Source of the DNA: an uncultured delta proteobacterium
GTDB lineage: Bacteria; Desulfobacterota; RBG-13-43-22
Direction of reading: 5' to 3'
Length of the DNA: 64,000 nt
NCBI GenBank assembly: GCA_963802945.1
Contig: CAWDKY010000016.1
Coordinates: 96,001 to 160,000 of the forward strand
Below the pieces are notes generated by a model, which made no database searches, was not told the DNA's origin, and was given only the letters and a program-made list of their open reading frames with translations. The position numbers were made by a program, and so were the translations under genes. Positions 31,832 to 42,028 of this stretch are shown here, piece by piece. How positions within the stretch are numbered: position 1 is the first letter of the stretch; each line of letters begins with the position of its first letter.

Positions 31832-33475
31832 ATGGCGAGGTCAACCAGTACCAAACCGGAAAAATCAGGAGCTCAAAAATCATCCAGAACCTCGTTTGAA
31901 AAGATAAACTCGGAATACCGGCAGGCCATCAAAAAATTGCACCAATCCGAGCAACTACTCCGGGCCTCGGAACGAAAGTACCGATCTCTGGTGGAAAGTA
32001 TTCCCGACATCATCTTTACCCTGGATTTGGACGGGACCATTAACTACATAGGACCTCGATGGAAAAAAATTTTGGGGCACGATGAATCCGAGGTAATAGG
32101 AAAATATTTTATCCATTTTACGCCTGCCGAAGAACATTACTTTTTGGCCCAAGTTTTTAAGGAAGCCAGAAATGATAAAAAAAGTGTAGAGAATATCCTT
32201 TGGAAATATATTCGAAAAGATGGGCAAATTCGCAATTTTTCCGGAAGTGCCGCCCCGCTGTTGAATGAGCAAGGGCAGGTCGTGGGGACCATGGGGATTG
32301 CCAGGGACATTACAGAACATAAAAAACTTGAAGAACAAGTCATTCAGGCCCAGAAGATGGATTCCATAGGGAATCTGGCTGGTGGGATCGCTCACGATTT
32401 TAATAATCTCCTTGGAGGGATCCTGGGCTATGCTTCTTATGTCAAGAAGAAGATGTCTCCCAAAGATCCCTTGGTTCATTCAGTACAAAATATTGAACGA
32501 TCGGCTCAACAGGCCGCAGAATTAACCAAGCAACTATTAGGATTTGCCCGACGTGGTAAGAATCAGGTTAAACCGATTAATTGTAATGCCCTTATTCAGG
32601 ACCTGATCCAGTTTTTGGGACGGACGATAGATAAACGGGTTACCCTGGAAGTGGAATTGGATGCCCATTTACATTTAATCGAGGGAGATGAGACCCAGCT
32701 TGAGCAATCCTTGATCAATATTTGTTTAAATGCACGCGATGCCATGCCTTCAGGTGGTATTCTGAAAATCGTTACTGCCAATCAAACCCCACAGGTTGAT
32801 CTCTTAAAACAACGGGGAAGAAAAGAAGGAGATTATATAAAGATTACCCTTTCGGATACCGGAACCGGCATGACCCCGGAGATCCAATCCCAGATCTTTG
32901 AACCTTTTTTTACCACCAAAGAACCGGGAAGAGGAACAGGGCTGGGACTTTCTATGGTCTATGGAATTATTCAAAATCATGGTGGGTATATTGATTTGAA
33001 AAGTGAGCCTGGACAAGGGACCTCCTTTGAACTTTATTTGCCGGCCATACCGGAGGTGATGATCGAAGAAAGTTCACCTTTTCCTCAAAGCTCAACACTC
33101 ACCAAGGGTTCCGAAACCATTCTTGTCGTAGATGATGAAGAAATTATTCGGCAATTAGGGGCTGACATCCTCGAGGATGAAGGCTATAAGGTACTGATGG
33201 CCTCAAGAGGAGAAGAGGCCATTCAGATCTATCAGGAAAATCGGGAGGATATCGCCCTGGTGGTCTTGGATGTAGTCATGCCCGGTCTGGGGGGGAAAGA
33301 AACCTTTCTCAAGTTGAAAAATATCAACCCCAAAATAAAAGTGTTGTTATCTTCAGGATATAGTACTAATGAAGAAGTGGGGGGAATCCTCAAGGAAGGG
33401 GTAGGGGGCTTCGTTCAAAAACCCTATCGGGATGAGGAATTGATTGGGAAGGTCAGGGAGATACTGGATGCCTAA
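31832..33475 (+). CDS. PAS-domain hybrid sensor histidine kinase (CckA-like architecture)
   Basis: PAS/PAC, IAHDFNNLL H-box, NARDAM, FEPFFTTK, GTGLGL, C-terminal receiver (VVDDE, LDVVMP, QKP). Confidence 0.93.
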   Translation: MARSTSTKPEKSGAQKSSRTSFEKINSEYRQAIKKLHQSEQLLRASERKYRSLVESIPDIIFTLDLDGTINYIGPRWKKILGHDESEVIGKYFIHFTPAEEHYFLAQVFKEARNDKKSVENILWKYIRKDGQIRNFSGSAAPLLNEQGQVVGTMGIARDITEHKKLEEQVIQAQKMDSIGNLAGGIAHDFNNLLGGILGYASYVKKKMSPKDPLVHSVQNIERSAQQAAELTKQLLGFARRGKNQVKPINCNALIQDLIQFLGRTIDKRVTLEVELDAHLHLIEGDETQLEQSLINICLNARDAMPSGGILKIVTANQTPQVDLLKQRGRKEGDYIKITLSDTGTGMTPEIQSQIFEPFFTTKEPGRGTGLGLSMVYGIIQNHGGYIDLKSEPGQGTSFELYLPAIPEVMIEESSPFPQSSTLTKGSETILVVDDEEIIRQLGADILEDEGYKVLMASRGEEAIQIYQENREDIALVVLDVVMPGLGGKETFLKLKNINPKIKVLLSSGYSTNEEVGGILKEGVGGFVQKPYRDEELIGKVREILDA

Positions 33476-33610
33476 TACAGATGCAGGATATAAGATGCAG
33501 GATACTACCGAAGAGAATCTTGGAAAATATTGAGCATTCGATACCCTTTTTTCTTTAAAGGAATCCTGTCAAAGAAAAAAGAAAAAAATGGGAAGGAAGA
33601 AGAGACATTA

Positions 33611-34132
33611 ATGAAGCTGAAAATGAAATGGTTCATAAGAATCCTCGTTGTGCTTACGGTAGGGATTGTAATCGGATCGGCGTATACTTTTTCTGAGAAT
33701 ATCCAAAAAGATCGTCCGGCAAAAGAATTTTCCTTAAAAGATCTGCAATCTAAAAAAGTGCGTCTTTCTGATTTTCGGGGGAAAGTGGTCCTAGTGAATT
33801 TTTTTGCCACCTGGTGCCCCCCCTGCCGTAAGGAAATTCCTGAATTAATAAAGATCTATCAGCGGAACAAGAAAAAAGAGGTAGTGATTCTGGGGATTTC
33901 ACTGGATGCGGAAGAGGCCTCTTTTGTGCTTAGAAATTTTGTCAGGGTGATGAAGATCCCTTACCCCATCCTGATCGGAACCGTGGAAGTGGCGGAAGAC
34001 TATCAAATTTTAGGGGTGCCGACTACTCTGGTTATCAACAAAGAAGGGAATATATATAAAAGATTTGACGGACAGATACCCCCGATGCATTTTGAAAATG
34101 CCTTAAATGACCTTCTTGAAACAAGATCTTGA
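33611..34132 (+). CDS. TlpA/ResA-family thiol-disulfide oxidoreductase
   Basis: N-terminal anchor, NFFATWCPPCRKEIP, cis-Pro GVPTT. Start uncertain. Confidence 0.88.
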   Translation: MKLKMKWFIRILVVLTVGIVIGSAYTFSENIQKDRPAKEFSLKDLQSKKVRLSDFRGKVVLVNFFATWCPPCRKEIPELIKIYQRNKKKEVVILGISLDAEEASFVLRNFVRVMKIPYPILIGTVEVAEDYQILGVPTTLVINKEGNIYKRFDGQIPPMHFENALNDLLETRS

Positions 34133-34139
34133 AAGTTAA

Positions 34140-34592
34140 TTATACGTTGGGTAAAAAATGCTCAATCTTTTTTTTCATAGCAAAGGGATCTTCAACCCCA
34201 AACCACCAGAGGTCCGGTCGGCCGGATAGTTGGGAACGAAATTGTAAATGGCCGATGCCTAAGAGGCGATGGACAACACCCCTATGAACTTCAAGGCCAG
34301 CAATTCCTTTCAAAGGAAGGGACTTTTTTTTGGCCTGACCCGAAAAACCAGATTCCCGAAGGGCCTCGTCCTTTGTTATTCGATAGAAAGTGGTTTTTCG
34401 ACGGAAAAGAATAAATAATGCCAAAATAATAGAGACAGCCAATCCAAAAGGCAGGCTTATTCCCGCCTTGGGATTGATAATTGGCCCGAATCCAAAAATG
34501 AGGATAGCTGCATAAAAGACAAAATAACTTTTCCAGGAAGGTTGGAGGGTCAATAAGTCCTCTTGCTTCACAGTAGTTGTATTTTGGTCCAT
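34140..34592 (-). CDS. bacterial PH-domain membrane protein
   Basis: Two TM helices, then YRIT...RESGF...RLLGIGHL. Confidence 0.65.
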   Translation of the reverse strand: MDQNTTTVKQEDLLTLQPSWKSYFVFYAAILIFGFGPIINPKAGISLPFGLAVSIILALFILFRRKTTFYRITKDEALRESGFSGQAKKKSLPLKGIAGLEVHRGVVHRLLGIGHLQFRSQLSGRPDLWWFGVEDPFAMKKKIEHFLPNV

Positions 34593-34668
34593 GGCGGGTC
34601 TCTAAAAATCGATCAAAGAAATTTTTTGAATCCCCAACAGTCCAATGTTCTAATACTCCAATTTTTCA

Positions 34669-37380
34669 TTATTCCGTATGCTGCCTTTGATAAAGTTCCA
34701 CCTCATGGATCGACCAATAATAGATATCGTCTCTCCCCTTATTGACAATTTGAAGATAACGCATCGGCGTAGGAGAAAAAATAAAATCCATATCCTGGCT
34801 GTTTTTTAAAAGGGTTTCCCCTGTCCAATGGAGGAGAACGGGGCTCATGATTGGGTCCAATAAGGTCCAGACTTGCCCGTCAGTCGAATAACGAATTGAC
34901 AAGTTACGGGGAAAATCATTCACGGAATTTCCTGTCAATAGTCGTATTCGACCTACCTTTTCCATTTTCCCAAAATCAATTTGAAAGTAGTCCCCGGGGA
35001 CTTGCGGCCTACCCGTGGTCCAACGGGTGGACATCTTACCATCGGCGGCTAACTGGGCCTTTAGGGGATTGACATTGGTTTGAAAACGCCAGGGTTTTGA
35101 GGAAATAAGTTGATAATGTTCGGTTGTGGAAGGAATGGAAGAAATCCAATAACCTTCAATTTCATTTTCTTGGAAAGGGCGTTTTAGTATTTTTTTTAGA
35201 AAATGGATTAAGGATGAGGCCTTTTCTTTCTCAACCACAAAGGCAGGATTAGAAAGAATCTGGACAAGATCTCCCTTTCCGTCTTGAAGGGCCAAGGTCC
35301 TTTGTTTGGCCCGCCAATCGAGCGGAAGCTGGGATTGTATCCATGGGCTGGTAAAAATATTGACGGGATTAAACCGTTTCAGATACGAAATCAATGGCTT
35401 CACATCATCGGATGCCGGTTCAGCTTTGTGCTTGGCTTGATAGATAAAACACTCGGCGACGGACCAATAGTAGGTCGGGTCGCTCCCGAGTTGGGTGAGT
35501 CTGAGAAAACGACCTGGTTGAGGCGAAAAGGTGATATCAACCCGGCCTATCCCGGGACGATAAAAGGGGTGGGGGCCGGACCAGAACAGATCTTCCCATA
35601 TCCCATGAACTTCACGGACCGTTTGCCACTTCCGGCCGTCTTGTGAGATTTCTACCTGCAGACCTCGGGGTGTGTCTTCCTGTTTTCCCGACAAAAGAGT
35701 AATCCGGCCCAAATCTGGAACGATCTGGCCCAAATCGATTTGGAGAAACAACCCCGGTTCCTGAGGTTTATTGGAGGACCAACGAGTATTCAGGTCTCGA
35801 TCAAAAATATTTATTGTTCCTTCTAAATTAGAATTGGTCACAGCCTTCCATTTTGTTGGCTCCAGTTCTATGAACAGAAAAGGGGGAGGTGAGAAATTAT
35901 GATAAATACTATATCCGAAAACTTGGCTTTTTTGATAGGTTCCCCCGATATTTATTAATGTGTTTTCAAAATTCTTATTATCCCTGGCAAAAAGAAAGGC
36001 AGCCTTGGGGTCTCGATCAATCCAATCGGTATAAGCGGGATAACGATCGTCGCCAGGTTGAGCGAAGATGATCTCCTCTCGTGAGTCAAAGGTTAATCGT
36101 ACTGAGACCCAATAGTCAGGGCAATAAACCCTTCGAATATTTCTTTCCTTTAAGAATTTAAATAATTCCTGCTCATTTTTTCTGGCCTCTCTAAATTGGT
36201 TTACCTGTATTTTATTAATAAGGGGGACCGTGGTAACCGTGCCGTAAATATTAGAAAAGAGGGTCAGGAGAACCAAAAGAAAAGCCGATACTGTAGAGAA
36301 GGAGTATAATCGCCTGGCAAAAACGGCCAACAGGATAGGCAGCACGGAAAATAAGGGTTGAAGATAACGACTGGTATGGTTGGAGGCAAATCCGCTCAAA
36401 GAGAAAATAACGGGAAAAAGAAAAAGAAAAAGGAGTAATAGATCCAGCCCGCTGCTTTGGCCAATTTTCAGTTTAATCAGGCTTAAAAAATTTTTTCTTC
36501 TGGATAGGAGGAGGAATAAAAACGAAATGAGGTAGATAATATATAGAAGAAAAGAGAAATAAGGAATATAATATTTCTCGGTATCGTTGTTCTTCAGCCC
36601 CAAGATTTCCGGAAATCGATAAAGAGAAAAATCTTTTAAAGAGGTTAAAAACGATTCATCTCCTCCTGAAGTATCAAAAAGATAGTGCCAGGTTACCAGC
36701 GGATGGTTAATATTATGAACCCAAAGGGGCAGGCCCCCAAGCATAAGGCCCAACAGAAAAAAAAGAGTTGTCCATCGTCCCCAGAACCATTTGTCTTTAA
36801 TAAAAAAAAGGAGGAAGATAGGTGTTAGATAAAAGACGACCAAGAAATGGGTCCATATCCCCAGGCCGCAGAGAAATCCTAAAAACAAAAAATTCCTTCC
36901 CTGTGTTTCGTCACGATATAGTATTTTCTGGCTAAAAATAAAAAGCAGGACTCCGATGATCGGCGTTTCGATATAAGCGGCCCGGGCCAGAACCGAGTGG
37001 AAGATCAGATAATTGGAAGCTAGAGCCGTATATAAAGATGATAGAAGGGCAGTCTCTTTATCAAAAATAAATCGGGCCAAATAATAGATAAAGAGAATAA
37101 AAAAAAGTGATTCAAGACAAATAGTCAAATCAAGGGTAAAACGGGAAGCAGCAAAGAAATAGAAGATCGTGGAAACCAGATAGGCCTCGATACTGCCGCA
37201 ATAATCTTGGGCGTAAAAGAAGAAAGGGAACTCCCCTCCCAAGATATGGCGGGCCATCAGTCCGGTGACGGCCTGGTCCGAATCCATTTGGGGGGTAGAA
37301 AGGAAAAGGAGACGGATAACTGCCCCCAGGATGAGAATGAAAAAGAGGAAATAACCTGGTTTTATTTTTTTGATCTTCAT
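34669..37380 (-). CDS. ArnT/PMT-type (GT-C) glycosyltransferase with two C-terminal discoidin (F5/8 type C) domains
   Basis: DSDQA acidic loop after TM1, many TMs, then D...TRWSS...LQIDLG...ISQDG...WSVAE and TRWTT...QIDFG...STDG...WSIHE. Confidence 0.8.
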   Translation of the reverse strand: MKIKKIKPGYFLFFILILGAVIRLLFLSTPQMDSDQAVTGLMARHILGGEFPFFFYAQDYCGSIEAYLVSTIFYFFAASRFTLDLTICLESLFFILFIYYLARFIFDKETALLSSLYTALASNYLIFHSVLARAAYIETPIIGVLLFIFSQKILYRDETQGRNFLFLGFLCGLGIWTHFLVVFYLTPIFLLFFIKDKWFWGRWTTLFFLLGLMLGGLPLWVHNINHPLVTWHYLFDTSGGDESFLTSLKDFSLYRFPEILGLKNNDTEKYYIPYFSFLLYIIYLISFLFLLLSRRKNFLSLIKLKIGQSSGLDLLLLFLFLFPVIFSLSGFASNHTSRYLQPLFSVLPILLAVFARRLYSFSTVSAFLLVLLTLFSNIYGTVTTVPLINKIQVNQFREARKNEQELFKFLKERNIRRVYCPDYWVSVRLTFDSREEIIFAQPGDDRYPAYTDWIDRDPKAAFLFARDNKNFENTLINIGGTYQKSQVFGYSIYHNFSPPPFLFIELEPTKWKAVTNSNLEGTINIFDRDLNTRWSSNKPQEPGLFLQIDLGQIVPDLGRITLLSGKQEDTPRGLQVEISQDGRKWQTVREVHGIWEDLFWSGPHPFYRPGIGRVDITFSPQPGRFLRLTQLGSDPTYYWSVAECFIYQAKHKAEPASDDVKPLISYLKRFNPVNIFTSPWIQSQLPLDWRAKQRTLALQDGKGDLVQILSNPAFVVEKEKASSLIHFLKKILKRPFQENEIEGYWISSIPSTTEHYQLISSKPWRFQTNVNPLKAQLAADGKMSTRWTTGRPQVPGDYFQIDFGKMEKVGRIRLLTGNSVNDFPRNLSIRYSTDGQVWTLLDPIMSPVLLHWTGETLLKNSQDMDFIFSPTPMRYLQIVNKGRDDIYYWSIHEVELYQRQHTE

Positions 37381-40370
37381 TCTCTCTCAATCTCTTTCAT
37401 ATATTTGGTGATGACCTTCCAACGCCAGCTGAACTTAGATTTATAATCCGGTTTTATCTGTAATGAGATTATCTTAGGCCAAATAGGGCGATCCGATTCA
37501 AGACGGAATTCCAAATGTATTGGCCCAGTAGGGATCTGAAGGGAGAGCCTTAGGCTCCCGATATTTGGTTTTAAATCTATCCGAGCCAGTTCCTTCGAAA
37601 AAAAGTTTGATTGGAAGCCAATTACGATTAACCGGGAGGAATTGGGTGGGTTCACTTCTACTTGTAAATTGGCCTCTAAAAACCCCGGGAGAAAGGTATG
37701 TGGTAGCCACATATGGAAGTAGTTTGATTCGGATTTTATGGAGGGATCAGGCCATAATTGGTCCAACTCCCCCAAATCTCCGAACCGTTTGGGCCAAAAA
37801 ATACTCTCGGCCAAAAGCTCGGCCTGTGTGGCATCGGCCATTTTCCCCAGAGTTATATTAAAGTTTTCCTCCTTGCTGGCAGCCAGACGACGATAGAGAG
37901 AAAGAAAGCCCGGTTGGTGTTGATGTAAACGGGCCAATTCCTGATTAGCCGCTTCATGCTTGCCTTGGGCCGCCAAGGCTGTGGCATAAAATAAAGAGAG
38001 TTCAGACGGGGCATTTTTACGGCCCAGCCCAAGCCGTGCTATTCTTTCTAAATCAGGCCAAGCCTCATACCGAAAAAGCAAAGGGGACATCTGTTCAGGC
38101 TTGGGATAAATGCCTAACCAGAGGACCTGGTTGCCGGGTTTGGGGACTAATGCAACCTTATACGTACGGGGGAACCATGGTAGTACCCGTCTATACGGCG
38201 TAAAAAACCCGGAGGTGATACCCCCCATTTTAACCTCGGTCGGAAATCCTAACGCCGGGCCGAAAAAGATACTCCCTTGACCATGCCCTAAAAGAGTATA
38301 ACCCATCTGGTTTATGGGTAGCGTATTGAAGAGATATTGCTTCTTCATTTCCACTGAGTTGGAAAGCAGGTCAAAGGGTTGACATTGAGAACTACGACTA
38401 CCCAAAAAGGCCGGCTCAGGGGATCGGACTCTGGAATGAGGCAGAATCAAATCAGACGAGGATTGGTTTACATCGAGGCGAAAAAAGTTAATGATTGGGT
38501 TTTCCCAATAGGTATTTCTTAGATCAAAAACCTGAACAGGTTGATAAAGGTGGCTGTTAAGAGGAGGCTCCCCCCAGAACTGTTCTACAACAGTCGTCTT
38601 TAAAGGGGGTGAGTCTGGGATGTTTTTATCCTGGAATTGCTCCTTCACAGGGGTCTGGATTACTGTAATTCCTGCGTTAACTGGAATCCATGTCCCACCG
38701 CTGATTTTAGTATCATATAACAGACGTGACCCGGCATCGACATGTTGAAGAACCCAACGCTTGGCCAATTGACGTGTGTCCGGGAAACGAGCCACTCCGG
38801 CATCCGACAAGGCGACTAATGTTTGGAAAGTCAGAAAAAAACCTAGGAGGAGCAAGGCGATATTACGGTAAAATGGATAACCCCATAAATGTTTTAGCCA
38901 AGAGATAATCAGACTTGCAATGGCAATGGCCAAGAAGGGGGAAAGATTTACAAAATCCCATTCCCTGAGATACGACAAACGGAATCCTATAATCAGTAAG
39001 GCACAGATCGTGGGGACTAAAAAAAATCGTTCTTCTTTTCGGTGCCTTAAAAAAAGAAAACCAATTCCCAGCAAACTTAGAATCATCCACGGCAGATGAA
39101 AACGATAGGCCATTCCCCGCCAGAAATAAATGAGCCCTATTTTGATTGGATCTAATTGACTTTTACTCAAAAGCGTTCCTATAGAACCATTTAATAACTG
39201 TACAATAGATTCCCCAACCAGATTGTTGAACCAAGAGGTCGGATTAAACCAAAAGTAAGAACCGAAAGTCATCCCACAGAACATTCCACCTAAAACGAGA
39301 GCAATTCCTCGGAATTTTCGAAAAGGAGAAAATAGCACTGCTGTCATTGCAGTTAAAACAATGTATCCGCCATATATTTTCATGGCCACTGCCAGCCCTG
39401 CGCAAAGACCGGCCAAGAAAATATCGATCCCCTTCTTTGACTTTAAAAATTGGGTGGAAAACCATAGGCAGGCCATTACCCAAAAAGTCTGCGGAATTTC
39501 CCCCATCTCTTGGCGACAATAAGTCAAGTGAATGGGGTCACAGGCTACCAAGAAAGAAGCTAGTAACCCGGTCCAGGGCCCCCAGAGATTCCGTCCAACA
39601 AGAAAGGCAAATAAGGGAATAAAAGATCCTAAAAAGGCCTGAAAGGCCCGTACGAAAAGTATGTAAGGTGTAAGATCTTTCAATGTTTGGGAATTGAGTT
39701 CAGGGACAGGACTATTAATACCAGTTATCGCTCGCCATAGCCTTAGGATGTTGGAATAAAAATAAATATGGCCAACCGGATAGCTGTCTGGTGGTTCGGG
39801 ATCGCCCTCGATAAATTGGGGGATCAGCTGCAATTGCTTGAAAGAATCGCAATGTACGATGTAATCCGGTAGGCCATGAGATAACCCAGCAAGGCGCAAA
39901 GATAAACCAAATAAAAGGACGACTATTAGACAGGTGGTTAAAAGCAATTTTTGTTTTTGTTCTGATGAGTATTGGACCAACAAGCTATAAATGCGGCCAA
40001 GCGAAAAGGTGGTTATTAACCAAAAAGGGAGGGTGAGCCATAAAAACCCTCGTTCCGCCAAAATATCCCAGATCGGCCAGCCAAGCAAGGCGGTAATTAA
40101 AAGGGCATAGCCGGGGAATCGATAAGGCTGATCCTTGGGCAGTAATTTCAGCCAGTAAAACCCTTTGCCAAGGATTACTGTTAAAATCAACCCAAGCACT
40201 ATTCCGCCTAAACTACCCCCTATCATCCGCCAGTAAGGTACTTCCCAGGCTATAAAACCAAGGTAATAAATTTGAGTCAGAAGGCCGAGTATCAGACCGG
40301 CAATCATCCCCGGAATCAAGCCAGGGGTCTTGAGTTTAGCACCTGCGTTTTGTCCTTCTTTGTTTTTCAC
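37377..40370 (-). CDS. large ArnT/PMT-type (GT-C) glycosyltransferase
   Basis: LRLAGLSHGLPDYIVHCD, AGLAVAMK, DTRQLAKRWV; extra N-terminal TMs and a long soluble C-terminus; 997 aa. Confidence 0.72.
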   Translation of the reverse strand: MKNKEGQNAGAKLKTPGLIPGMIAGLILGLLTQIYYLGFIAWEVPYWRMIGGSLGGIVLGLILTVILGKGFYWLKLLPKDQPYRFPGYALLITALLGWPIWDILAERGFLWLTLPFWLITTFSLGRIYSLLVQYSSEQKQKLLLTTCLIVVLLFGLSLRLAGLSHGLPDYIVHCDSFKQLQLIPQFIEGDPEPPDSYPVGHIYFYSNILRLWRAITGINSPVPELNSQTLKDLTPYILFVRAFQAFLGSFIPLFAFLVGRNLWGPWTGLLASFLVACDPIHLTYCRQEMGEIPQTFWVMACLWFSTQFLKSKKGIDIFLAGLCAGLAVAMKIYGGYIVLTAMTAVLFSPFRKFRGIALVLGGMFCGMTFGSYFWFNPTSWFNNLVGESIVQLLNGSIGTLLSKSQLDPIKIGLIYFWRGMAYRFHLPWMILSLLGIGFLFLRHRKEERFFLVPTICALLIIGFRLSYLREWDFVNLSPFLAIAIASLIISWLKHLWGYPFYRNIALLLLGFFLTFQTLVALSDAGVARFPDTRQLAKRWVLQHVDAGSRLLYDTKISGGTWIPVNAGITVIQTPVKEQFQDKNIPDSPPLKTTVVEQFWGEPPLNSHLYQPVQVFDLRNTYWENPIINFFRLDVNQSSSDLILPHSRVRSPEPAFLGSRSSQCQPFDLLSNSVEMKKQYLFNTLPINQMGYTLLGHGQGSIFFGPALGFPTEVKMGGITSGFFTPYRRVLPWFPRTYKVALVPKPGNQVLWLGIYPKPEQMSPLLFRYEAWPDLERIARLGLGRKNAPSELSLFYATALAAQGKHEAANQELARLHQHQPGFLSLYRRLAASKEENFNITLGKMADATQAELLAESIFWPKRFGDLGELDQLWPDPSIKSESNYFHMWLPHTFLPGFLEANLQVEVNPPNSSRLIVIGFQSNFFSKELARIDLKPNIGSLRLSLQIPTGPIHLEFRLESDRPIWPKIISLQIKPDYKSKFSWRWKVITKYMKEIERE

Positions 40371-40413
40371 AATAATCTCAAAAGAATTAGAAAAGGATTC
40401 TTAAAAATTCCAT

Positions 40414-42012
40414 TCAGGGTTGTTCCCTTTTTAGCCCAAGATTAAGGATAGCCACTTTTTCCCCATTGACCTTTATGTTGCATCTGATCTCTTGATAACC
40501 CGGTAAATTGATCCTGACTTCATAAAGATCAGGAGGCAGGTTCAAGCGGGAGACGTTATAAAATCCGTGACTGTCGGTTAAGACAGCTGCCTTTAGGTTC
40601 TCCCCCTGAAAGACCTTGAGGTTGGCTTGAGGGATGGGCCTTTTCCCCTGGACATCCATCACCCTTCCACTGATAGCCATAAAGGTATTCTGAAGAATGG
40701 AAAGATACCTCTCTCCATATCCCTTATAGGCATATCCCTGGGTATAAACGGTCTTGGTGGAACTTTGATCCTGAGTGGTGAAACCGATTTCCCGAGTCGG
40801 CTCGATCTGAGTTGCCTCATTCCACTCATTAAAAGAGGTGATCAGGGCCATAGGGACATACGGATCCATAAAGGGTAATACCGTTTGCTTAAGGGCTTGG
40901 GTAAAAAATGACCCCTCCTCCCCACCGGGCTGAAATTGACGGGGAATCACCGGGTGATTTTCTGAAAGCCGGACTCCTCTGTCGTTATAGCCAGGAATAA
41001 TGGCTGGAATAAATTTAACCTCTTTGTCGATAGTTGATTGGTATTCGCTGTATAAGTCATGAATATCAGAAAGAAAGGTACTGATGCTTCCATAGCCCAT
41101 CTGTTTGGGTTTGGCCCAGTTATACATATTATAGGCGGTAATTCCATCAAACAATTTGATCCGATTTATTTCAGGGTGGGTGGAAGGTGGGAGAAGATTT
41201 GAGCGCATGACATACCAGAAAATTTCATCTCCGATAAGGAAGGGGTTGAAACCCATCTCTTGGAGGCCTCTTCTGAGACTATTGATGGCTGCCGGGTAAT
41301 CACCAATAAAGGTTCGTGTTAAATAGATGATCGCCACCGGACGTCCTTTGATCTTCAGGTAGGAGGGATGAGAAAAATAATTTTGGGCTAGGAACTTAAA
41401 GTCGGAAAGTATTTTTTTTGTCTTGTCCGGGGTAAAATCGATCCGATCATCGGCCAACCCGAGCCCGGAGGTTTCATAAAAAATGCAAAAACGAATATCA
41501 TTGATATTTTTTGCCTTGAGGATTTTTTCTCGAAGTACCCGATCAAACTCAGAATGGGCCGGCCACCAACTTACCGCCCAGAAATCAATACCGTATTGAG
41601 AGGACCAGGTGATATGTTGTTCGATGGTCTTTAGATCAGCGGAATCATATTGGCCCAAAGCCGGTAATTGGTGAGGAAGTAAACGACCATTGATATATCC
41701 CTCCCGCCAGTTGCCTGGATACCACAGGTAATAGTAGGCGCCGATGAGATATTTTTGGTTCCATCGGGGCTCCGAAGGGTCCCTGGACCGGGAGGAGGAA
41801 CAGCCGACCGTTATGAAAGACAATAAAACGATAATGGATATAAAAAAAAACCTTTTCCAATAATTCCAAAGTCCGCCATTCCGACGAAAGCCGGAATCCA
41901 GAACTGATCGGGCATCCTGGATTCCGGGTCGCGCCTTGCTTGCCCGGAATGACGATGCTTGGGTGAAAAAAGAGACTTGCAGGATTCTCGAATAATATGA
42001 AAAGATAATCAT
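40414..42012 (-). CDS. GH99-like glycoside hydrolase lipoprotein with C-terminal carboxypeptidase-regulatory-like domain
   Basis: Lipobox ITVG|C, GAYYYLWY, PALGQYDS, PGYNDR, ITSFNEWNEATQIEP, C-terminal ISGRV...TDSHGFY. Confidence 0.8.
   Translation of the reverse strand: MIIFSYYSRILQVSFFTQASSFRASKARPGIQDARSVLDSGFRRNGGLWNYWKRFFFISIIVLLSFITVGCSSSRSRDPSEPRWNQKYLIGAYYYLWYPGNWREGYINGRLLPHQLPALGQYDSADLKTIEQHITWSSQYGIDFWAVSWWPAHSEFDRVLREKILKAKNINDIRFCIFYETSGLGLADDRIDFTPDKTKKILSDFKFLAQNYFSHPSYLKIKGRPVAIIYLTRTFIGDYPAAINSLRRGLQEMGFNPFLIGDEIFWYVMRSNLLPPSTHPEINRIKLFDGITAYNMYNWAKPKQMGYGSISTFLSDIHDLYSEYQSTIDKEVKFIPAIIPGYNDRGVRLSENHPVIPRQFQPGGEEGSFFTQALKQTVLPFMDPYVPMALITSFNEWNEATQIEPTREIGFTTQDQSSTKTVYTQGYAYKGYGERYLSILQNTFMAISGRVMDVQGKRPIPQANLKVFQGENLKAAVLTDSHGFYNVSRLNLPPDLYEVRINLPGYQEIRCNIKVNGEKVAILNLGLKREQP
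41874..41954. repeat. REP-like palindromic element (GTCATTCCG.../GGAATCCAG type) inside the 5' end of the GH99 ORF
   Basis: CGCCATTCCGACGAAAGCCGGAATCCAG...CTGGATTCCGGGTC...CCCGGAATGACG nested inverted repeats. Confidence 0.75.
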
Positions 42013-42028
42013 AATGGAATAAAAAGGA

